A stretch of 64,000 nucleotides of DNA from Chrysemys picta bellii (taxonomy: Eukaryota): positions 22,630,001-22,694,000 of the forward strand of contig NC_088806.1 in NCBI RefSeq assembly GCF_011386835.1. The letters run 5' to 3'. Positions within the stretch are counted from its first letter, which is position 1. Each line of letters starts with the position of its first letter. The notes under the pieces are model-generated. The model did no database searches, was not told the origin of the DNA, and worked only from the letters and a program-made list of their open reading frames with translations. Position numbers and translations under genes: made by a program. Of the stretch, positions 26,471-36,100 are shown in pieces.

Positions 26471-27146
26471 AAGTGCTCCCGTTTTGTTACCCAGCACCCC
26501 CACCCCTTCCTGAGTAGTGAAGGTAAGAGGCAGCAGAGCCCCCCGGGGTGCATTGAACCCCTCGGTCTCCAGCTGCCGCGGCCCTCCCTTGTAATTCATC
26601 TCCTAGCAGCGGCTGCAGACTCCGTAGGCGACCTTTGTGCTGCATCCCTTTCCTAAACGGCAGCAGCTCCTTAGGCTGTTACATCGCCCTTCTAAGCAGC
26701 TTTCTAGGCCCTCTCTTGGTTGCATTGGACCACCCTTCCCTAAGCTGCAGCCTTCTGGGTTGCAACATACTCCCCTACCTAAGCAACAGGAGCCCTCTAG
26801 CGCTCTGAGGTTACTTTTATCCCTTTCCCCCAGAAATATATATCCCTCTAGTGCCTTTGAGCTGTATTGAACCCTCTTCCAGCCTGAAGTCCCCCAGCTT
26901 GCTAGGATTGAACCTCCCCAGGATCCTTTAGCATTCCAGTCTTCATCCCCAAAATTGGATTACATCCCCTCTCCTTATCTGGGTTTCTGTACTGCATCCG
27001 TCGCCATAGTATTTGAGCCCCTTGAAGAAAACAAAATCCTCAGAAGCTGCCACTCCTCCAGTGTTCCCTGGAGTAGTACAACCCCATTCCCCACAGCAAC
27101 CCCGCTAGCCCTCTGGGATTGTCCTCCCCTCCTCCCCAGCAGTGAG

Positions 27147-30100
27147 ATGAGCTTCTTTGGGTTTGGGCAGAGTGCGGAGTTGGAGCTGGTGCTGAGCGAT
27201 GCAGAGAGCAGGCGCAGGGCTGAGCACAAGACTGAAGAGGGCAAGAAGGAGAAATATTTCCTCTTCTATGATGGGGAGACAGTATCAGGTCGGGTCACCC
27301 TCACCCTCAAGCACCCAAACAAGCGGCTGGAGCACCAAGGCATCAAGGTGGAGTTCATCGGACAAATTGGTGAGAGGGGAATGGGGGTGTGTGTGAGTAT
27401 TGCATGGTGGAACGCCAGGGACTTTAATTGGGAGGGTGGAGGGGAGCGGTAATTTGTACCAGCATGGAGGAGTGGGTTGGGCTCACAGCTTCCTACGGCT
27501 GGCTTGCAACACAGTCATGGGCCTGCCATCCTGCAGTGATTCCTCTGGTTGGAGTCTGATTGCTCTTTCCCCTCTGAAATTCAAAAAACTAAACCCCTTC
27601 AGTGGGGGCAGCAATATGTACCAGTGCATTGCATGGAGCCTTATGTATTTGTTTTGCATTAGTAATTCCTCCAGGTTGAATGTACTTAAATGTTAACACT
27701 GGCAAGGTTCCGTCTCCATTAGCCTAGGAAATGGGAATATAGTTACACTGCATCCTGTTCTCGGAAACTGGGTTATGATCCCCAGCGTCTTGTAATTACA
27801 CTGAAAAGTCCCTTGATTATCAGAAATTATTTCAAATCCCGTTTTAGGTTTGGACAATCCATGTGTACTATACCCTTGTGTCTGTGCAGAGTGGAGGTAT
27901 TACCGCTCCTTTTCCAGGTCATTGTTCTCTCTCATCCTATTTTCCTGTTTCTGCTCATTCAGTGACCTGAACTCTGAAATATATAGAGAGAGATTTTTAA
28001 TTTCAGATTCAAATCTCCAGGGTTATTTTTAAGTTCTAATATCTTGGCAGCAGCATCCCTTAAAACTGGGTTCTTTATTATTCCCCATTCTTTTTATTAA
28101 CATGTTGCTACATCTCTAGCTGCATTTACTGTGCTATTGATTACATTGTGTGTGATGGGCAGGGCTGCCTTGGGAGGTAATTGTTATATTGAGGGCATGA
28201 GGCAACAGACCAGCTGGTGTATGTGCACATTTCAATTCATGAGCTATGCCCCAGAAGCGAACTACCCTTGTGGGTCAGCTTCCTTTCCTTTCAAAGCTTG
28301 CTGTCCCCAGCTCCATTGATTCTGCTCATCCTGTTGGGGTGGCCAAGCCCACTTATCCATATAAAGTCAACTGGTATCTGAGCTATGTCATGTCTGTGAT
28401 TGCAGTTTGAATTTGGCGATTTTATATTGTGTGGACCCAATTTAGAGAAGTGCTTCCCTCCCCCCATAACAGGAGGGAAGGTGCTTGCCATACCCACTAT
28501 GCCATTTTTATAAAGAACTAAACATTTCGTGGACTCGTCTGAGTTAAAAGAAGTGATAAACTTGCACAGTTTTTATTCATTTATTAACTCTGTACCATGC
28601 ATCTGTGGGACTTTTCAGACAAGACCTTAAATCTGCGATCCTATCTGCTCTAAAAATCTCGGTAGAAGCTGTTCACCTGCACATCAATGTGATCAACATT
28701 TTCAACTTGAGATGGATAACATTTCCTTGTAAATCCCTTGGCACAGAAGATTAAATTGATGTTTTCCCCCACCCAGCCCCACCATCTTTACTTAATTTCT
28801 CTTCTGATTTTCTCCACTTGCACCACATGTTACACTTCTGCATTCAGAGAAAGCACATAGCTAATTATATATAAACAGGCCCCATTATCAGAAACTGGAT
28901 TATAACCTGCCTCTGGGTTTAAAATCTCCAGAGTAACCTGAGCATGAGCTTGCCTCTCTGTTCCGCCACTGCCTCTCTGTGCAGCCTTGGACAGGCCCTC
29001 CACCTGTCTCATTTCCCCATTTGTAAAATGAGTGCTTAGGTTGTAAGCTCTTTGGGGAAGGCAGAGTGTTTTTTTGTTCTGTGTTTGTACAGCATCTAGC
29101 GCAATAAGAGTCTTGATCCATAACTAGGACTTCTGGGTGTTACGATATTCCAAAAATAATATTTAGAGAGGAGTTTTGAAGACTGATATATTTGCTCAGT
29201 GCTTTGACTTCATGAAGCACTACATAAGTAGTATGTGTCTATTACAGGTATAAAGAGAGCTTTCATAACCAGACTTGAGGTCCAGGTTGTGCTTGGTTAT
29301 ATTACCTTTAAACAAAACAAAAAAACAGCCCCAGTAGTCTTAAAGATGGTATAACTGATTGTGCGTCTATAGCATCTTCCATCTCCAAATGCCTCACAGT
29401 AGGGATTTAGACTCTCAGAGGTGAGGAAGTAGGCATTACCCCCATTTTACAGATGGGGTACTGAACACAGGGAAGTGGTGTGATTTGTTTAAGATCATAG
29501 GGTCTGTGATGGAGCTGGGAATACAATTCAGGAGTCCTGTATCTGATTCTCTGGTTAACGTCCAGGACAGTTTATCCTCTGATGGATGGATAGTGCAGAT
29601 TCCTTTTTGGACATCCGTCTGCAGTAACTGTTCTCTGAGATCATCCTAAAAAGGTTGGTAAATTTAAAAAAAAAAAAAAATCGTAATGGAAAATTCTGCC
29701 TTTGCTGAACAACTCAAACAGGGATTTTTTTCTAACGTTTGACGTGCTAATGTCTTTCTAAATATGAAAAATCCTCAATTCCTCCTCTAAAGGTTTAAGG
29801 GCCAATCTCAGCCCCTGGCAATAGTTGCTGGGAGCCTAGTACGCTGACAGTCTGTTTTTTCCCAGTTTAAACTCAGTCGTTGCCTTTGGCATTGTGCCGT
29901 GAGATGAGTCCATGTCTCTTTGTATGTCGCTCCTGCATTCCCTCCCCATCACATAAATGAGCATCCCTCCTCTCTCTTTGTGGAGGTGTATTGAATGGAG
30001 AGATCCTTTATTATATCATTGTATTATATTAGCGCCCAGAGCATCCAACCAAGATCAGGGCTTCATTATGCTAGATGCTGTACAAACACAGTAGAGATCA

Positions 30101-33100
30101 TTCCAACCCCAAAGAGCTTCCAGTCTAAAGAGGTAAGGTGGACAAAACAAAGCGTTATCCCATATTTTACAGCTGGGGAGATAAGGCACACAATAAGTGA
30201 CTTGCCCAGGGTCATGCGTTGAGTCTGTGGCAGAGATGGGAGCTGAACCAGATCTCCTGAGTCCCAGGCTAGTGCGCTAACAACAAGACAGCTCTTCAGA
30301 AAGCCTCTGTAGTGGGGTTCAGTGGACATGTGATGATAATTGACCTTGTCTTAGCTGTGACTTCAGCTCCAGATTGTAAGAATGAGGGTTGCCCAAATTT
30401 TTCCTAACCAAAGGGCTGTTTTGGCAACTTTCTGGGAGCACAGCATACAGGAAACTGGAGTAGATTGCCTTTACCCTTGTGTATAATAGCGAGCTGAATA
30501 CGGGTCCCCCAGTGTGTCACTTTCTGTTATCTTGGATCAAGATGGAAAATTACATTCTAGGGGCTGTAGTTTCTATGGGCCACCTTATATTAAAGGTGGT
30601 CACTTGGTCGCGGCTATGTTTGGAGAACCGCTGGAACAATTGGGAGGGCGCAGGAAAATGTCTGCCTTTTCATCTGCAGCTGGTTTGAGCAACTCGCCCA
30701 CACATACCCTCGTTCCCTAACATTTCCCTGGCCATACATGTATCCATCATAGAGCCATCAGCTCAGCTTTACTCCTTGAAGATGTGTTCTCTGCATGGTC
30801 ACATGCTGAGTGCTGGCATACTGTGGAATCAATGGGGTTCTTTACCTTTTTTTGTTCCCTGGAGCTAATGGGGCCACTGCTGCATTTTCTGTTGCTTTAA
30901 CCTTCTTTGAGAGGCATGAGCAATGATAGATGGAAGCCTCGTAGCCCCACACTTCTGCTTTGTCTCTGCTTTCCCCATTTTGGGGAAGCCTTGAGGCTTT
31001 GTTTTTTTACTGGTTAGAAGTCCAGTGCCTAGACTCTGAAGGTGAGGCTCTGCAGGAAGTGATGAGAGAAGGGATGGCACTAGCTGCTGATTTGCTCTGT
31101 GATGGTTCCTTGTCTTTGCAGGTAGTCTGGTTATATTAACCTTGATTAAACTGACCCACATAGATGTTCTGGTTTGTTTTTGTAGGTAGGGGTAAGTGAG
31201 TAAAGCTGAATAGACATCATGGGAATCTCCGCTCCTGCTTTCTTTGTCCCCTCTCTCTTCACCTGCTTTCATGGGAGTGGAATATTTACCAACCTTCTCA
31301 GTTATTTTTGACACCACCCTGTCCTGTTCCCCTACCCGTGGGTTGGATATTTTGCATGAGCTCATGGGATGTCTTGTTTCTTTTCTACTTGTACAATGGA
31401 AGATGACACTCTTTGAGGATCCTCAAGCAATTTACAGATACTAATGTAGCAAAGGGGATGGGTAGCTGACCGCATCTTATTGATGAGGAAAAAAGCATAC
31501 AGAACAGGGAAGTATTGAGGGTGTTGCAATAAATTAGTGGCAGACCCAAGAATGGAACCCAAGAGTCTAGACTTGCTAAATCAAACCATTAAGAGAGCAC
31601 TCCTTCCGTTGTATTGGACTCTGTCATGCGCATGAGAGAGGAGAATGTAAGCCACTGTGCGAACATGAGCTGTCCAGTGAGGGGAACAGCACTGCTGATT
31701 TCTAGGGTGCACAAACCAATCTGCAAAATCGGATCCTCGTTTTTACCGGCATTTCAAAATGAGCTTGGGCCTGTGATGGGTCAAGGACCTAACTGTGCAT
31801 CTCTACTCTTTAGACCCTGGCTCACTCCTCTCACTGTGTATCTGGCCCAGTTGGGGCTGGATGAAGCATGGCCCTTTGTGTTTGAACCTCAGGATTTCCA
31901 GGGAGATGTTCTCTCTCTGGGAAGTGGAGGAGAAGGGATAGAATGAGGAAGAGGCTTTGTAGGGGGCTGGTTCCTTTCTGCCATGCCCATTTGGTGCAGT
32001 TCTTCTCCCAAAGCTGACCTCCTCATATGGGAGTGAGCAGCACTGCCTAACCGAGTATTCTCTTCCTAGAGCTCTACTATGACCGGGGCAACCACCATGA
32101 ATTTGTCTCTCTGGTGAAGGATCTGGCCCGTCCTGGTGAGTTCACCCAGTCACAGACATTCGACTTCGAATTCACACATGTGGAAAAACCATACGAGTCC
32201 TACACGGGGCAGAACGTGAAGTTACGGTGAGTCTCCTCCTGCTGTCGGGTTTCTCCCAGTCCCAAGCTTCAGCCTTCTCCCTGTGCATTAGTTTTCATGG
32301 AGTGTCTTTCTAGTAAGAGCTCCAGTACCCAAGGTACCCCAAATGAACACACACCAACAGATTTAAAAATTTTAATAAAGTTAATGTTTAAAATCAAATT
32401 TACACAAGTTAAGAGGGAAGGTACTGTACATCTGGGGTCGGGCTTGGGTTATGGGGGATTTCAAGTATCGGTTACAAGGTTCACGAGGTACATACATATC
32501 ACATAACCAGCCAGGGCTGGTGCTACCATTTAGGCAAACTAGGTGGTTGCCTAGGGCGCCAAGATTTGGGGGCGCCAAAAAGCGGTGCCTCCAATTTTTT
32601 TTTACAGTGTTCCTATGCCCCCTCCCCGAGCGCGCAGTTGCCGCTTCACTTCTCCCGCCTCCCAGGCTTGCAGCACCAATCAGCTTTTTGGCGCCACAAG
32701 TCTGGGAGGGGAGGAAAATTAGAGCAGGGGCGGCATGCTCGGGGAGGAGGCGGAGCAGAGGTGAGCTGGGGTGGGGAGCTGCTGCACGGCTCCCCGGGGG
32801 AGGAGGGGAGCTGCCACGGGGGGGGGGCACCTCAGGGTGGTTGGGGGGGCTGCCGTGGGAGGGGGCGCCTCAGGGTGGAGGTGGGTGCAGGGAGCTACTG
32901 GAGGGGGGGGGGGCGCAAGGTGGAAGTGGAAGGCACCGGCCCTATAACCAGCATAGATCCAGATTGGGGTGGAGAATTTTTAAAGCGTCAGTGGATAAGT
33001 GGGCTCGGGTATGCCACCCATGGAATGTATTAAGGCCTTGTCTACACTACGAGAGTAGTTCGATTTTACTTGCATCGAATTTTTGTAATCGATATTGCAA

Positions 33101-36100
33101 AGTCGAACGTGTGTGTCCACACTAAGGACAGTAATTCGACTTTGTGCGTCCACACTAACGGTGATAGCGTCGACATTCGAAGCGGTGCACTGTGGTCAGC
33201 TATCCCACAGTTCCCGCAGTCCCCTCTGCCCATTGGAATTCTGGGTGTAGCCGGCAATGCCTTCTGGGTAACAAAATGAGTCGAGGGTGCTTTTGGGAAA
33301 CTGTCGTCATCCGTCCATCACTCCCGCCCTCCCTCCCTGAAAGCGCCGGCGGGAAAACAGTTCGCGCGCTTTTCCAGTCATTGACAGCGCGGACGCCACT
33401 GTACTCCGAGCATGGAGCCCGCTGCGACCATCGCTGCAGTTGTGGCCGCTCTCAACGTCTCGCAGCTTATCATAAAGGTTTCCCTGAGGCAGATGCAGAA
33501 AAGTCAGGCAAGGAGGCTACGGCACCGCGGTGATGTCCTGAAGTCTGAGAGTAGCACAGACCTGTCAGAAAGCAGGCGACCCAGCGCCGAGGACATCACA
33601 GTGGCAATGGGTCATGTTGATGCCGTGGAACGGCGATTCTGGGCACGGGAAACAAGCACTGAGTGGTGGGACCGCATAGTGCTGCAGGTCTGGGATGAAT
33701 CCCAGTGGCTGCGAAACTTTCGCATGCGGAAGGGAACTTTCCTGGAACTTTGTGAGTTGCTGTCCCCTGCCCTGAAGCGCAGTGACACCCGGTTGCGAGC
33801 TGCACTGAGTGTACAGAAGCGAGTGGCCATAGCCCTGTGGAAGCTTGCAACGCCAGACAGCTACCGGTCAGTCGCGAACCAGTTTGGGGTGGGCAAATCT
33901 ACCGTGGGGGTTGTTGTGATGCAAGTAGCGAAGGCAATCGTTGATGTACTGCTGCCAAAGGTAGTGACCCTGGGAAACGTGGAGGCGATCATAGATGGCT
34001 TCGCAGCGATGGGATTCCCAAACTGCGGTGGGGCCATAGATGGAACTCACATCCCTATCCTGGCACCGGACCACCAGGCCACCCAGTACATTAACCGAAA
34101 GGGATACTTTTCCATGGTGCTGCAAGCACTGGTGGACCACAGGGGACGTTTTACCAACATCTACGTGGGATGGCCGGGCAAGGTTCATGACGCTCGTGTT
34201 TTCAGGAACTCTGGTCTGTTTAGACGGCTGCAACAAGGTATTTACTTCCCGGACCACAAAATAACTGTTGGGGATGTGGAGATGCCTATAGTCATCCTCG
34301 GGGACCCAGCCTACCCGCTAATGCCCTGGCTCATGAAGCCCTATACTGGCGCCCTGGACACTGAAAAAGAACTCTTCAACTACCGGCTGAGCAAGTGCAG
34401 AATGGTGGTGGAGTGTGCTTTTGGCCGTCTCAAGGGGAGATGGAGAAGCTTACTGACTCGCTGTGATCTCAGCGAAACCAATATCCCCATTGTTATAGCA
34501 GCTTGCTGTGTGCTCCACAATCTCTGTGAGAGCAAGGGGGAGACCTTTATGGCGGGGTGGGAGGTTGAGGAAAATAGCCTGGCTGGTGATTACTCACAGC
34601 CAGACAGCCGGGCGATTAGAAGAGACCAGCGGGAAGCGCTGTGCATCCGGGAGGCTTTGAAAGCAAAGTTCCTGAGTGAGCAGGGTAACCTGTGATTTTA
34701 TAGTTTGTGTACTGAGAAGCTAAACCTGCCCCCGTTTCTTTACCCAGGTAATGTTGACTATCCTATCCAGTTACATACCCCCTTCACCCCCCCTCCAACA
34801 CACGTGTCGAAATAAAAATAGTTCTACTTTGTTAAAGCACACCGTTTTCTTTAATACTGTTTTAGCGGGAATTTTTTAAAACTGGGACGCAGACTGTGGT
34901 GCGGGGCGGGTCTAGTGTTGTGATGCGAATGCAGCTTCTAAACTCAAGGATTGACAGGCTCCGCTGCGGTGGGATGCTTGTTTCAACGGAGCCTGTCACC
35001 CCTCCTGATCGGGACTGTGTGTATGGGAGGTCTATTTGACTTTGTGGCAGGGGGAGGACGGTTACAGATCCCATGCTGTGTGGCTCTGTGATCCTGTCTA
35101 AGGACCGGCGCTTAAGATCTGTAACTGCCCTCCCCCGCCACAAAGTCACAGAGCAACCCACCCCCCCCAACATTACATCAAAACAACCTCCCAGACTAAC
35201 CGGGGCAACTAGTCACTGCATCACTGCACTGTGTATGTGCCCTGCTGCTGTGCCTGCCCCCGACTATGTACCCTGCCAAAGGAGACTGTCCTGTCCAATT
35301 TCCAACCCCCTTTCCCCTCCTCCTCCAAAAGAACATGATTGAAACAGTAGTTAACAGAAACGAATTTTTTATTATCAACTACACATGGCATTGGGAGGTG
35401 AAACTTGGACGTGGGCTTGTGTCAGGCGGGAAGGAAAGAACTTTTCAAATTTTGGGAAATGAGAGCCTTCTGCTACTAGAGCTCTCTGCAGGGGTGGAGT
35501 GAGAGTTAGCAGGGACTCTGCCGCCTCTCCTTCTTTGCACTTTGGGTGAGGTGGGTATGGGACTTGGTGGCGGGGGAGGGCGGTTAGAGATGGACTGCAG
35601 CGGGGCTCTGTCCTCCTGCCTCCGTTCCTGCAGAACATCCACAAGGCGCCGGAGCGTGTCCGTTTGCTCCCTCAGTAGTCCAAGCAGCGTTAGAGTCGCC
35701 TGCTGGTCTTCCTGCCGCCACCTCTCCTCCCGATCCATGTTGGCTTGGTGCATTCGGGTCAAGTTCTCCCGCCACTGGGTCTGCTGTGCTGCCTGGGCTT
35801 GGGAAGAGGCCATAAGCTCAGAGAACATGTCCTCCCGTGTCCTCTTCTTCCTACGCCTAATCCGCGCTAGCCTCTGGGAGTGTGATTCCAGGCTAGGTTG
35901 TGAGACAGTCGCAGACGGGGCTGTGGAAATGGGAAAAAGGGAGTGAATTCCTCAGAAAGATAAATGTAGTTGTGAACAAAGAACATAGTCTTTCTCTGTG
36001 AACAAGACCATGCACAGCACCTTTCACATGCGCACTCAGCACAAGGTCGAATTCTCGGCCTTCGCATTCTGTGCCTGGGGTCTTGAACAGCACATTTGAG

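Noticed and set aside
25589-26599. 336-aa and other long ORFs across the NCAPD3/VPS26B promoter
   Set aside because: Low-complexity Gly/Ala/Arg/Pro ORFs expected in a stop-poor CpG island; only 25754-25817 matches a real exon.
26955-27146. 64-aa N-terminal extension of VPS26B
   Set aside because: Starts at a non-ATG codon; the conserved protein begins MSFFGFGQ at 27147, and the upstream part looks like UTR or intron.
30865-31365. 166-aa minus-strand ORF in VPS26B intron 1
   Set aside because: No recognisable motif, splice structure or compositional signal; consistent with a chance ORF.
32340-32365. A U2 snRNA gene or pseudogene at the LINE 3' junction
   Set aside because: Only the hexamer TCTGTT matches; the surrounding sequence does not continue as U2.
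32451-33125. 224-aa ORF
   Set aside because: Runs across LINE, hAT MITE and Harbinger junctions; an artefact of G-rich MITE sequence.
33412-34695. Calling the transposase the host gene HARBI1
   Set aside because: It sits between TIRs with a TSD and a Myb partner, so it is a transposon copy and not the domesticated gene.
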